From Mobula birostris (lineage: Eukaryota), in assembly GCF_030028105.1 (NCBI RefSeq), contig NC_092383.1, positions 28,659,796 to 28,723,795 on the forward strand: a stretch of 64,000 bases of DNA, in the 5' to 3' direction. The notes beneath the pieces were generated by a model, which worked only from the letters and a program-made list of their open reading frames with translations, did not search any database and was not told where the DNA came from. Within the stretch, counting starts at the first letter, position 1. Each line of letters opens with the position of its first letter. Below are positions 11,263-25,095 of the stretch, one piece after another. The translations under genes and the position numbers were made by a program.

Positions 11263-12631
11263 GTTTTTCCTTCTCAAGCAAAATGTATTGAATTCACACA
11301 GAATGATTCTGTCAGCACATGATCTGGAACACAGATTTTGCAAAGGATGGGGCAAAAGAGAAAGTGTCAGTTTGTTTAGCATTAGACAGCTAGGAATTTC
11401 CTTTGAGCAAGTAACAGACTATTGGAGCAAGGAATGTTGTGCAATGGATGAATGTGTATGTGAAATTATACATTGATTTTAATTAACTGAGAATTATAGC
11501 ATTTCTCAGCCTTACAATACACAATCCCATCCCTGAAATTGGAAATAAGCCTTGGCCACAGCTCTGGCTGAGTGAAATACACATTGCAGAATATACAAAT
11601 GTTTATATTAACTTGAGAACAGTCCTGTAAACCATTGGGCAGACACTTATAAAGCTGAAAATGGATATAGATCCAGTGCAGAGATACACTGCCAAACTTA
11701 TTTGACTGCCAGCTGCTGGAAGGGCAGCTGTCTACTAAATGGAAGCTTGTTGTGTGGTAATAAAAAAAAGTCAAACAAGATCTGTTGGAAATCTGACACC
11801 AAGAAAGTCAAGCCACGCATGACAGATCAAGGAAGAGGGAAACTGGCTGACTTCTCAAGGAGGTAAAAGGATTGCAGCCAAAACTTTTCATTTACAGATT
11901 CTGCCTGATCAGTTTGTTCAGGTGGGGCTGAGTGAAACAGGCTATGTTAAATGCCTACTGTATATCTAACACATATATATTCATGTAAGGTATCACTGGA
12001 GAGTGAAATAAACCAGTTGTGCACAGTAAACCAGCAATTCTTTGTGTCTTCTTGCCTTTATACACACTGAAAAACTTAGCTTTGAACTGAGGGACGCAAG
12101 CAGTAGTGCATATATTCATAAATCTTTTGATGCAAAGGATACAAAGGTTATGGGATCATTTCAGTTTTAAACGCTTGGAAATTGCGGAGAACTACAAAAT
12201 TGGAATTGGAAGTCAGGTGAATTGTTAGAGAGATATTGTCCTGAGGGAGAATGTGACTCGCCCCTACATCTTGCCATCCCTTTGGACTTTATGACAAATT
12301 GGTCGATGATATTTAACTAGTGACTGAATGAAACCAAAATTATTAAATATGCAGAACCTCATATATGAGCTTGCATGTAAAATTGCAACACCTGTAGAGA
12401 TGGTATCAAAGAAAGCTTAAAGATGTGTCCAGCCCAAGGCCTATTGTCTTCAACCAGTCCCACATATGTTGAAGAATCAAATGGAAGAACACTTAGATAT
12501 GTTGGAAAGTAAAAGAGAAGCAAGCCAAAATGAGAAAGCAAAATGGAAATATCTAACTGTTTAAAATGGGTTACATGATGATTACAAGCTAACTCTGAAC
12601 CACACAGTTAATAACAAACAGTATCTATTAT

Positions 12632-12881
12632 AAACACCAGAAAGTCTGCAGGTGCTGGAAACCCAAAAAGCAACACACACAAAATGCTGGAGGAAGTCAG
12701 CAGGTCAGGCAGCATCTGTGGAAGTGAATAAACAGTTGATGTTTTGGGTCGAGACCATTCTTCAGGATTGTCGACATTTCAGGCTGAGAGAACGGTTTCA
12801 GCCCAAAACGTCGACTGTTTTTTTCATTTCCATAGATGCTGCCTGACCTACTGAGTTCCTCCAGCATTTTCTGTATGTTGC
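12632..12881. mobile_element. Palindromic 250-bp non-autonomous PLE derivative (two 3' ends back-to-back)
   Basis: Arms CAAAATGCTGGAGGAAGTCAGCAGGTCAGGCAGCATCT / AGATGCTGCCTGACCTACTGAGTTCCTCCAGCATTTT, hammerhead remnants in the centre, and a degenerate 15-bp TSD (12617-12631 vs 12882-12896, 12/15 identical). Confidence 0.8.
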
Positions 12882-12920
12882 AGCAGTATTTATTGTCTTT
12901 TTCATTGGTCGCATATGCAT

Positions 12921-13170
12921 AGTTAGCAGGAGCTAAAGTTTTCACCAGATAAATTTGTCTCATACCAGCAATATTCAACAGTCAATGTGTACAAGGAGTT
13001 CTACTCCTACACAAAACATCACCAACGATCATTCAAGCTAAGTAATATATACAGTTAAAAGGAGTTAAAGTTTTCCCAGAGAAATCTGTCACATACCAGC
13101 AATATTCAGTAATCAATGCATACGAGGGTCTTTACTCCTACACAAGATATCAACTAAGATCTTTCAAGTT
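12921..13170 (+). repeat. Diverged tandem duplication, period ~132 bp
   Basis: AGGAG(C/T)TAAAGTTTTC..CAGA.AAAT.TGTC.CATACCAGCAATATTCA...TACTCCTACACAA occurs starting at 12921 and at 13053. Confidence 0.8.
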
Positions 13171-14951
13171 ATCATGGTCAAAATAAAACAATATATGGAT
13201 CTCTGTTTAGGTAATCAAGATGAAGTTCTAATAGCCACTGGTACTAAATTATTTAGGCTGGCTACAAAAACATGATGTAAAGCTCAAAGGAAGCATGAAT
13301 AAATTTGTTTATCTTGGGTAAGACATCACTGAATCACAACTAGTCAAAGAAAAGGGGAAAGAAAATGAGAGGAGACCTGCAGACATTGCAGAACATAGGT
13401 CATTCTTAGCAGAAGAACTATAATAGATTTTTGTCAAACCTTGCAACAATACTGATGATATTTCAACCATTACTGAACAAAGACAACAAATGGAATTGGC
13501 CAAGAACAACAAACACCATTTGGCCTATGAAATGAGTCTGGGAAAAGAAATATTCATATTGAAACTGCCATGTGGAGATTCAAATTATGGATTGGGTCTA
13601 TATATATATATATATATACAGTCACGTAACAAATGATGGCCAACAAAGATTAATGCATTTGTTTCATATACATTGAGAACACATCAGTGTAATGTTCTAG
13701 TTGAAAAGGAGAAATTAGAAAATATATTTAGACTGATAAATTTTATTCAGTTTCTGTTCCACAGGGTTTTTATATTGGTCACAAGTTATAAGCATGTGTT
13801 CACACTTCTTCCTGTTGAAAGCAAGACCTACAATGGGTGTGTCAAGAATGGAAAAGGCATTCTCTTTTCTCAATCTGTTATGTGATGAACATAAAAGCTC
13901 AGAATGAAATGGCATTACATATGTGTTGTCAAGGTCGCCATACAGGAATTCAAACATAAGGAGTGAAAGCAAGATCATCACATTGAAAACAGCAGATGAT
14001 GATTTCATAGTTACAACAATGCAGACTAGTAAGGCTGCAGGAAAATACACCCTAACAGAAGTACACACAATCATACTGAATAAGGCAGAACTCTAAATGG
14101 AAATTCAAATTTGTTCTATTATTGATATTATACTGTATGTTGTCAACATAACAAAGATATACTAAATGGGAACACTGAGCTTCCATACTAAGTATAGTAA
14201 GAGGACAAATTTAAGAAAAACTTCCAGTTATTTGTTCCATTCTGGTGAGATTTGAGAGAAATTGCCAGAAATTTTGCTTGCTTATTGATAAGGATGTTGA
14301 AATTGTTATGTATAAATGCCAAGGTTTCAGAGCCAAGTTAGTGAAGACACATTTGAGGAAATGCTGATAATGGCCAAATCGGCTTTTTAGATTGTGAAAG
14401 TGACTAATAATCTAATCATACAAGTTCATGTTCAAGTTCACTGTCATGGGCATGCATACCCACGGTATAAAAACCATGAAAATATGCCTTCTGCAGCAGC
14501 GCATGGTACATTACAAACATAACAAACAAAAATTACATCATCTTAAATTAACATAAATTATACATAACTTAAATGACAAAATAAATGAAAAGCAGCATAC
14601 TGATATTCATCCAAATTGAGGGAAATGTAGTCCAAGGAAGTATTAGGATGGAGTTGGGGTTACTATTCATAGGTACTCATAATGAATCAATAGGAATCAT
14701 GTTGAGTCTGGTATAAAGTGTACAAGCATCTCAGAACAGTGGTATTGAGATCTTTGTACACCTTCCATAGCTAACCAGGCAAAATAGTCTTTGAATATTA
14801 TAAAGTTTTGAAATTTTGAAACATTAAACTAATTCAAAGGAAGATGTGGGAGTCCGTGAATATGGGTCTGACTTTGTGTTTACTTTTAGCGAGGTGTGCA
14901 CATATCGCATGGTACCATGATGCAGTGTGCAATTAACCTATGTTACATATC

Positions 14952-15375
14952 CGAAAAGTTCGAAAGTTCGAAGTTAAATTTATTTTCAGAGTACATACAT
15001 GTCACCACATACAACCTTGAGATTCATTTTCCAGAGGGCACACTCAGCAAATTTATAGAATAGTAACTATAAACAGGAGCAATGAAAGAGCAAGTAGAGC
15101 ACAGAAAAGAACAGCATGTGGAAATGCAAATAAAAATGACTAGGAATAAAAAACAAGAGATTGAAATAACAAGATCATTGGTTGTGGAAATGTCTCAACA
15201 GATGAGTGTAGTTATCCTCTTTTGTTCAGGAGCCTGATAGTTAAGAGGTACCAAGTATTCCTGACCCTGGTGGTGTGAGTTCTGAGATACTTGTACTTCC
15301 TACCTGACAGCTGCAGTGAGAAAAGAGCATGACCTGGATGATAAGGATCTTTGATGAAGGATGCTGTTTCCTTAG
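14952..15375 (-). mobile_element. Rex1/Babar-type LINE 3' fragment
   Basis: (AAAGTTCG)n tail, GTACATACATGTCACCACATACAACCTTGAGATTCATTTTC block, CCTGACAG..GCAGTGAGAAAAGAGCATG coding remnant. Confidence 0.65.
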
Positions 15376-16356
15376 CAGACGCAGAGATTCACAGACCTAA
15401 GAATCCGGCCATCCAGCCTTGAGTTCTGGATTTGCTATTCCGGTTTCAGTCTGGACTTCTCATTGATCTTCAGGCTTCAATCTTCAGTATTGACCCAGGT
15501 CATGCTAATGATGATGAATGAGGACCTTGGATGAAGACCTGAAGTCCAGGCCTTGAACTTGAGTCTCACCAATCTTAGAGTCTCAGAATTTAGATTAAAA
15601 GATTTCAACAATTACATTAGAAGTGATGATTAGATTGCAGAGACCAGCTTGCAATGAATTGCCACTCTCCAGCATCATTGATCTCCTATTAATGTTAATT
15701 AATGTTACAGAAAACAAATCACTTGCCAGCATTTTGACTGAGAGTTGCTGCTTTAGATGTGGCAACCGTGGTTGATGTAAAGTTGAAGTGTCAGATAACA
15801 AGTATATCCAACTCCCGGCTGTGATCATTACTGTAGGCTCTAGACTCAAGATCCCACCAGCTAGCAATCAGCATGATCTGTCCATGACCTGTAACATCTA
15901 ACAATCATCAACCAACGTGCATTGCTCCTTCTAATTCTCACATCTAGATCAACCATTTAAAAAAGATCATAGATATTACAGTAACAGCTGGTAAGTATAA
16001 ATTTTCCAGTGTACCTTGTCTACCCATCTGGGAAGCATGAAGCTGCAAGTAATATCATAATCAATATCATGCTAACAGTTTGAAAGTGTTAACACTGGTC
16101 TTTATGTATTCTTACATACATAATCAGATATTGGTTTTTAAATCTTGAGCTGATGTTCATAACAGTGCCCCATTTCACAGCAGGTTATACTCATACTGAG
16201 TTACTCAAGCATAGTATAAACACATTGAGTTTAGTTCACCTGAATCTTAAGCAGAGAGTAGAATAGAGGCTGAGGAGAAAAAGATAACTTTTTGACTGTA
16301 GTCATGGGAAAAATAAATTCAAAGAATTTGTTGTCGGGGTGATACTTTGTGGAAAT

Positions 16357-16665
16357 GTTCAAAATTCAAAGTTCTAAGTAAAGTTTTTACCAAAGTACTA
16401 CTGCATATGTCACAATATACTACCCTGAGGTTCATTTTCCTGCAGGCATTCACATTCAAACAAAGAAATACAATAGAATCAATGAAAAACTACACACAAA
16501 GACTGACAAACAACCAATGTGCAAAAAAGACAATCTGTCCAAATTCAAAAATAATAAAGAAATAAACAAATATATAAACACACAAGCAAACAAGCAAACT
16601 AATATATAAATAATACCGAAAACATGAGTTGTAGACTCCTTGAAAGTGAGTCCATAGTTTGTAGA
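16357..16665 (-). mobile_element. Rex1/Babar-type LINE 3' UTR fragment
   Basis: (TTCAAAG)n-like tail and the same 3' UTR block as at 14.95 and 58.6 kb. Confidence 0.6.
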
Positions 16666-17326
16666 CCAACACAAGAGAAAATCTGCAGATGTTGCAAATC
16701 CAAAGCACACATAGTTATTGTTGCATCTACCAAGCCACAATCTCAAGACTTCACTCCTTGAAGTCTTACATCATTGCTTCTTTATTACCTTACATTGGTC
16801 ATGATCATCTCTAATAAATATTTCCCTCATTTGTAATTTTTGAGTTTACATCTTTTTGCAACTACTTGAGCTTTTAGTAAGGATGCAGGATAAATGCAAG
16901 TTGAAGTCTGTAAGTACCAGTTACACACTGAAGCTGAAATTAGAAATTCAAAGCAGTGAGATGTTTATGTAAAACATTAGTCTAGATAGTACACAACAAA
17001 AGTGCATGGTAAAATCAAAATCATGCTGCAGAAATCAATAATTATGACTACATTAATTTAATCATCTGTATGTCTGGTAAGCATCTTTACATACAGAATA
17101 TTCTGTCATGACAGAATATGTCACTTTGGTAGTTAGGAGTGTACCCTTCAGGGTCCTACCTGTTACATTCAGTTTTACATTCCACAGGACTTCACCATTT
17201 AATATTTCCAGGAGAGACCTCTATTACTGCAATTTACTGAAGGCTTTTAAAGAGTTGATATATTCCTACTTGTAAAAAAGGCATCTTAAAATCAACATAT
17301 TTTATGTCACAGAAGATGATTGCAGT

Positions 17327-17565
17327 TGTAGTGTATTCAATATTTCAGCAGTATTTGAGTAATATTGTAAATATATTTTTTTGATTAAGCATTCTTTGCT
17401 TACATAATCCATTAAAGATTATATGTAAGAAGTACGTGAATGACATACGTCATTATTGCGCCACGTCATATGTGAATGCCTCACTAAAGAAAAACTAAGT
17501 AGGACAAAGAATTTCACCTCCTGTGTTTTTCTTTCAATCAGTTTTTTGAGTTACAAAACATAACA
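17327..17565 (+). repeat. 5' LTR of Mag-like Gypsy
   Basis: TG...CA termini, homologous to 23588-23810, 45238-45614 and 57633-57872; followed by PBS. Confidence 0.88.
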
Positions 17566-18223
17566 GTGGTGACAAGGAAGTTTTAAAATGAATCCATGAT
17601 GTCTAACTCTTGTTGAAGGGCAGCACATTTTTCTTTGGAAGCCGAGGGTGGGGGGGAAGAGAGATGCTCAAGTTAAAAAAAAAAGCAATAAATGGACGAA
17701 ATTAACTAGCAACAAATATGACCACAGGTTCAGAAACAGGAAGTACCAGGTGATAACCATAACAAAAAAAATTGCAGAAAAAGCTAGCTACATAGGAAAG
17801 AAAGATGCATTCAACTGCACATCAGATAATTGGAATATGCATTCTGAACAAAGAGAGCAATATTTTAAAGCAAATGAAATGGCCAATAAAAAGTGACTGC
17901 CAATGCTGCTGAGTATAATAGGTGGAAAAGCATACAGTTTGCTTAGAAGCTTGATTACTCCAACCAAACCAGATGAAATGAGTTTCGCTGATATCATGAA
18001 TGTTATGCGGGAACATCTAGAACTGAGACTACTGTTGGCTGCAGAATGTTTTAACTTTATAAGTAGAATCAAAAGGAGGGGAGTCCATTTCGGCTTATGC
18101 GGCTGAGTTGAAGAAATTGTCTGAGTATTGCAATTGAGTGATGGGTTTAATAGTGTACTAAGAGATTGCATAATTTGTGGAATTTTACAAGAAAGCATTC
18201 AAAAATGGCTCCAAATGGCTCCA

Positions 18224-21200
18224 AGACCATAAGGCCATAAGACATAGGAACACAGTTAGGCCATTCATTTACTCCACCATTTGATCACGGCTGATCCATT
18301 TCCCTCTTAAACCCCATTCTCCTGCTTTCTCACCATAACCCTTCATGGCCTGACTAATGAAGAATCTATAAGCCTCCTCTTTAAATATACCCAATGACTT
18401 GGCTTCCACAGACATCTGTGGAAATGAATTCCACAGATTCACCAACCTCTGGCTAAAGAGGTTCCTCCTCATTTCTGTTCTAAATGGACATCCTTCAATT
18501 CTGAGGTTGTGCCCTCTAGTGTCAGAGACCCCCACTATAGGAAACATCCTCTCCACATGCTCTTTATTCAGGCCTTCTAACATCCTATAGGTTTCAATGA
18601 GATCACCCCTCATTCTTCAAAAATTTCAGCGAGTACAGGCCCAGACCCTTCAGACATTCCTCCCATGATAAGACTTTCATTCCCAGAATCACTTTTGTGA
18701 AGCTTCTTTGAATCCTCTCCAATGTCAGCACATTATTTTTTAGATAAGTGGCCCAAAACTGATCACAATACTAGTAAACACTCAACAGCGCCTTATAAAG
18801 CCTCAGCATTATATCATTGTTTCAAAATAAAAACTAACATTGCATTTGTTTTCCTCACCACCAACTCAACCTGCAAGTTAACCTTTAGGGAATTCTCCAT
18901 GAGGTTTCACAAGTCCCTTTGTAACTTGGATTTTGAAACATTTTTCTGCATTTAGAAAATAGTCTATGCTTTTATTCCTTTTGCCATAGTACATTACCAT
19001 ACACTTCCTGACACCGTATTGTATCTGCCATGTATCTACACATTTTCCTAATCTGTCCTTCTGCAGACTCCCAGCTTCCTCAACACTACTTGCCCCATAA
19101 ACTATCTTCATACTTCCTGCAAACTTGGCCACAAAGCCATCAATTCCATCATCCAAATCATTGGAATACAATGTAAAAAGAAGCTGTCACAATACTGATC
19201 CCATAGAACACCACAAGTCACTGGCACCCAATCAGTAAAGGCTTCCTTTATTCCCACTCTTTGTCTCCTGCAAATCAGCCAATGCTCTATACATGCCAAT
19301 ATCTTACCCATAATATGATGGGCTTGTAGCTTGCTAAGCAGACTTATGTGTGACACCTTGTCAAAAGCCTTCTGAAAAATCCAAGTACACAACATCCACC
19401 AATTCTCCTTCTCTGTTCTGCTTGATAGTTCCTCAAAAAAATTTCCCTTAAGGAAAACATGCTGAGTTTGCCCTATTTTATCATGTGCTTCCAAGTACTT
19501 AGAAAGTTCATCCTTAACAATCGACTCCAACATCTTCCCAGCCGCTGAGGTCAGGCTACTTGGCCTATAACTTCCTTTCTTCTGCCTTCCTCCCTTCTTA
19601 AAGAGTAGAGTGATATTTGCAATTTTCCAGTCCTCTGGAACCATGTCAGAATCTGCTGATTCTTTGAACGATCATTGCTGATGCCTCCACAAACTCTTCA
19701 GCTACCTCTTGCAGAACCCTGGGGTGTAGTCCATTTCATCCAGGTGACCTATCTACCTTCAGAACTTTCAGTTTCCCAAGCACCTTCTCTCTAGTAATAT
19801 CAGCTGTGCTCTCTTCTGCCCTGTAACATTCTTCAACTTCTAGCATTCTGCTGGTGTCTTCCACAGTGAAGGGCAATGCAAAATACTTATTTAGTTCATC
19901 CACCATTGCTTGACCCCCATTACATTTCTCCAGCATCTTTTTTTTTCAGTGATTTAATATCTTCTTTTGACTCACATTTAATCTTTTTATATCTGAAAAA
20001 TTTTTTTGGTATCCTCTTTGATAATATCGGCTAGCCTACCTTCTTATCTGATCTTTTTTATGACTGATTTTGTGCCCTCTGTTGGTTTTGAAAAGCTTCC
20101 TCATCCTTAAATTCCAACTATTTTTTGCTCTATTATACGCACTTTATTTTGCTTTTCTGTTGGATTTGACTTTCTTTGTCAGCTCCAATTGTGTCATTCT
20201 GCCTTTAGAATGCGTCTTCTTCTTTAGGATGTATCTATCCTTCATCTTCCAAAATGCTTCCAGAAACTCCAGCCATTGCTATTCAGCCACCTGCTCTGCT
20301 TGTGTCCTCTTCCAATCAAATTTAGCCAGCTCCTCTCTCATGCCTCTGTAATTCCCTTCACTCCACTGTAATACTGACTTTGGCTTCTCTCTCTCAAATT
20401 GTAGTGTGAATTCTATCATATTATGATCACTCTCCTAAGGGTTCCTTTACCTTAAGCTCCCTCATCAAATCCGATTCTTCCACAATACCCAATCCAGAAC
20501 TGCCTTTCCCCTAGCAGGCTCATCCACAAACTGCTCTTTCGTAACCTACCTGCATATTGAAATCCCCCATGACTACCATAACATCGTCCTTTTGACATGC
20601 CTTTTCTAACTCCTACTGTAATTTGTAGTCCACATCCTGGCTATTGTTAGGAGGCCTATATATAACTCCTATCAGGGTTTTTCACATTTGTAGTTCCTTA
20701 ACACTACTGACAAGGATTCTATAACTTCTGATCCTATGTCACCTCTTTCTAAGGATTTCATTTCATTTTTTACCAATAGATCCACACCACCCCAACTCCC
20801 TTACCAACCTGTACTTTCAAAACAATGTGTAGCCTTGAACGTTAAGCTCACAACTATAATAATCCTTCAGCCTTGACTCAGTGATGTCCATAACGTCATA
20901 CCTGCTAATCTGTATCTGCACAACAAGATCATTGACCTTATTCCGAATACTGTGTATATTCAAATATAAAACTTACAGTCCTGTATCTTTCACTGTTTGG
21001 CCCCCCGTTACACTGCAACTCATCCCATTGACTGCAATCTTGCCCTATCATCTGCCTGTCGGTCTTGACAGTGTCACTGCACATTGCCTCTGCCTTTATA
21101 CCAATTGCCTCGTCCTCAGCCCTGCAACACAGTTTCCCATTCTCCTGCCAAATTATCTTAAATCCTCCTCAACAATTCTATCAAACCTGCCCACAAGGAT

Positions 21201-22140
21201 ATTGGTGACCTTCTTATTCTGGTGTAACCCCTCCCATTTGTACAGGTCATAACTTCCTCAGACGAGATCCTAATGATCCCATAAATATGAACCACTTCCC
21301 CCTGCACCAGTTCCTCAACCACATATCCATCTGCCATATCATCCTATAGTACTCTCACTGGCCTGCAACACAAGCTGCATCCAGAGTTTACTACCGTGGA
21401 GATCATGCTTTTCAGCTTTCTAACCAGATCCCTAAATTCTCTCTTCAGGACCTCCTCCCTTTTTCTAGCTATGTTATTGGTGCCAATATGTACCACAACT
21501 TCTGACTGTTCAACCTCCTCTTTTAGAATGCTGTGGACATGTTCCGACATGTCTTTGACCCTGGCACCTGCAAGGCAACATACCATCCACAGAAAATCAT
21601 GTCTGCTCTTTTAATTATGGAATCCCCTATCACTACTGCAGTCCACTTTACCCCTTCCCTGCTGAGCCACAGTACCAGAGATTCCATTGCTGCATCTTCC
21701 CACAGTGGGTCACATCCCGCTTCCCACTACAGTATCCACAACTTTGTACTTCTTATTGAAGGGGGTGGCCACAGAGCTATTCTGTGCTGGCTTCCCATTT
21801 CCTTTCCCTCTCCTGACAGTCACCCAGGCACCTGTCTCCTGCAACTTAGGGGTAACTACCTCCTTGTAGCTCCTATGTACCATCTCCTCGGTTTCCCATA
21901 TGAGCCAAAGATCAGCTCTAGTTCTTTAACAAAATTTCTGAGGAGCTTCAGCTCAGTGCACCTCGTGCATTTGTGGTTATCTGGGAGACTGGCGGTCTCC
22001 TGAATTCACACATCTCACACAAAGAACACCACACAGCCTCAAGAGCCATTCTTACTGCTCTAACTATATATTAACAGCTGAAGAAACTTACCAGATATGT
22101 ACCTCACCCAAGCCTGTCCTCACCAAAGCCTCAAGAGCCA
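18224..22140 (-). mobile_element. Near full-length degenerate CR1 LINE, antisense within Gypsy gag
   Basis: (CCATAAGA)n-type tail at 18224; RT fragments (VPEDWKIANIT, QKAFDKV, RGDLIETY); ORF1 esterase fragment MVCCLAGARVKD..VVVHIGTNN (21344-21586). Many stops, frameshifts and deletions. Confidence 0.9.
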
Positions 22141-23587
22141 AAACAAAATGTGTTACCATTGTGAAAGGATGTCACATATCTATCTGCCATATCAATGCAG
22201 CTTTAAAGGCAAAACTTGCAGAAAATTCAGCAAAATAGGACATATACAATGAGCAGGTTGGACAGACAAAAATAAATGGACTGCATGAGGAAGAAGTAAG
22301 ATAAAAAGTCAAGCTACATTTTCCAAAAGAGTACTATCTGCATGCTGTTGATGAAAAATCTGATGATGATGAGAGTGACACAGGACTAAGTAGCCTTGAG
22401 ATTTACATGTGGAAACAAAGACACAAGCAATATGGCTTATATTAAAAGTGAACAGCAAATTAATTAAAATGGAATTGGACACCGGCTCAGCTGTTTCTGT
22501 CATTCCAAAAAATGAGTTTGAATGGCATTTCAAAGATACTGAACTGAAGCCTGCGGATATCCAACTTAGAACACTTACTGGAGAAAAGATAACTCCTGTG
22601 GCATTGACATTCATAATAACTAACAAGCCACATTGGGCTTGTATATGATAAAAGTAAGAGGGCTAGAATTGTGTAGTCATGATTGGCTGAGACAACTACA
22701 ACTTAATTGGAGATCCATCTACCATCTGCATACCACATCCCCTGTAATAGAGTCAACTGAAAGCAAATTAAGAAAGATACTGGATGATGTCACAGCTATG
22801 TTCAAGGATGGCATTGAAAAAATTCAAACATATCAATGGTAAAATAGTGTTAAATGAAAATGCTACTCTCAAGTTTTACGAAGTCTGCCCGGTTCCTTAT
22901 ACCATCTATGATAAAGCTAGCTGGCACTGTGAGCAATGTCTGCAGAACACACTACACTGAGACTGAATCAGTGACTCGCCAATTTCTTCTTGCATATCGC
23001 AATGCAGCACACTCCACAACCAACAACGCACCAGCTGTGGCATTCCTGGGTCATTTCGCTTTTGCTCATGCTTTCATGCTTGGATCTCCTCAAACCTAAT
23101 CTCAAAAGGAGTATGCAGGAGAAACAGGTAGACAAACTGCGGGTTCCTCAAATGAGCAGGTTCGATATTTCACTCCAGGAGAAGCACTCGAGGAGGGACT
23201 ATAGAGATGATCAAACGTGGGTACTTGGGAAGATTAAAGACAGAACTGAATCATTGTCGAACACAGTGGAGATTGTGTCTGTTGTCATCTGGAGATAACA
23301 CATCGATCAGTTGAGGAGAGCGAAATCGATCGTTAGAGAAGAAAGGTGTCCAGATCTGCCAATATCACTTCCTGCAGTCCCAGGGTCAACTCCTACAACC
23401 ACCATGGAGGAGGTCCCAGAACCTGAGGTTGCTTCACATCCACAAGAGCAACAAGTCTTACCTGCCAAGCAGAAGAAACCCTCCCCCTCCCCCTGCACAC
23501 CATTGTTGGAAAGGTGTTATCCCACAAGAGTAAGAAATATAGATGCATTCTATATTGAGTTAGGGTTTATAGCTAATCAGAGAAGTA

Positions 23588-23810
23588 TGTAGTGTATTCA
23601 ATATTTCAGTAATATTCAAGTAGTATTGTAAATAGATTTTTTGATTAAGGTTTGTTGTTTGCATAATTCATTACAAGTTATATATAGGAAGTAGTTGTAT
23701 GGCATATGTCATTACAATACCACACCTCACTACAGAAAAATCAAGTAGAAAAAGCAGCCCGCCTCCTGGGTTTGTCTTTCGTTTAGCTTCTTGAATTACA
23801 AAACTTAACA
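23588..23810 (+). repeat. 3' LTR of Mag-like Gypsy
   Basis: TGTAGTGTATTCAATATTTCAG...TTACAAAACTTAACA, homologous to the 5' LTR but visibly diverged. Confidence 0.85.
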
Positions 23811-24539
23811 CAAGTCCACTTAAGACATTTAATAAAACATATTGAAAATTCTTTCTTTAAGGTGGCATAGGAATTTAAATGAAGGGGCAGCAATGGATGT
23901 AGCAATCATACAAATAATTCATTGTAAGTAAGATCCATCAGTAAGAGTCCCTGGAGGCATCACCATCCTTAGGAGTGCCACATCCTCAAATTTTATTGAC
24001 AGCATATCATTCAGTTATCAGTATGGATTATGGATTATTCCTCAGTTTTGCCATGATTGTAGTAAGATTAACCAGAAGTTGGAGTCTCTTAAACCAGTAC
24101 TGTGGGAGCAAAGGGCAGGTGGGGGTGGAAGGGAAGTCTTTAAAATGACGAGGTGTTTGACTGAAGATATTTCTGTATCTGAGAGGACATAATTGCAAAG
24201 AAAAAAATGGACTTGTCTAACATTAAAATAGAAAAAAGATTCCTCTGGATTTAAATAACTAATAAATGATTTACCCTGTTTTCCCACTGAAGAGTCATTA
24301 AGCTGATGAACTGGGAAGATAGAGGAGATGTAGGGAAAACATTTCAACCTTTAAGGAGATCTAAATTTGTTACGTTTTACCCTCACAGATTACACTAATC
24401 TCCCTCCATTTATCAGAAAATCGATGTATATATAATATATAAGATGCCTTTTAGTTTTACATGAGATGCAGGCCTCTCATCGTCTGAGTTGACATTCTCC
24501 TCCCTCCACCCCACCTCCTTCTGGTTTTACTGTGTGGTA

Positions 24540-25095
24540 GGAAGCATTGTAAAGTCAAAGTTAAACAGCACTGAAGTATCTGACTGGTTGCATCATAGTC
24601 TGACATGGCAATGCATATGAACAACAAAAATAAGAAGCTTCAGAGTGTGGTGGCCTCAGCCCAACACATCATTCACTTATCACTTCTCACCATCAGTAGA
24701 ATTTACAGGAGTCATATCCTCACAAAGGCAACGTTCATTTTCAAAGACCCCCACTGAATGGGCCATGCCATCTTCTTGCAGCTATCGTTGGACAGGAGGT
24801 ACAAAATCTGGAAGTCCCACATCACCAGGTTCAAGAACAGCTACTTCCTTTAAAATATTTAGTTTTGCAACCAACTGTCACAACCCTAATCACTAACACC
24901 ATGACCACGTTAACCACTTTGCTCTAATTGTGTACTGTTTTTGTGGTATATTTATATGGTATATTTTTAATATATGTTTTTCATGTGAATGTTGATTATA
25001 TGACACTATATGCCTGTGATGCTGCTGCAAGTCAGTGTTTTATTGCACCCAAGCTTATGCTTGTGCATATGACAATAGTCCCATTTTCACTTTGA
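24540..25095 (+). mobile_element. Rex1/Babar-type LINE 3' fragment
   Basis: CTGACTGGTTGCATCA...CAAAGACCCCCAC...CACCAGGTTCAAGAACAGCTACTTCC coding remnant followed by 3' UTR. Confidence 0.6.

Larger units (their letters stand above)
17327..23810 (+). mobile_element. Decayed Mag-like Gypsy LTR retrotransposon, most of pol deleted, CR1 nested in gag
   Basis: TGTAGTG...AACA LTRs at 17327-17565 and 23588-23810; PBS GTGGTGACAAGG; gag remnants (YIGKKDAF, LLSIIGGKAYSLLRSL); protease MELDTGSAVSVI (22409-22648); integrase C-terminus FLLAYRNAAHSTT. Confidence 0.9.

Noticed and set aside
17322-23815. TSD for the first Mag-like element
   Set aside because: Flanks GCAGT and CAAGT match at only 3 of 5 positions; compatible with decay but not evidence.
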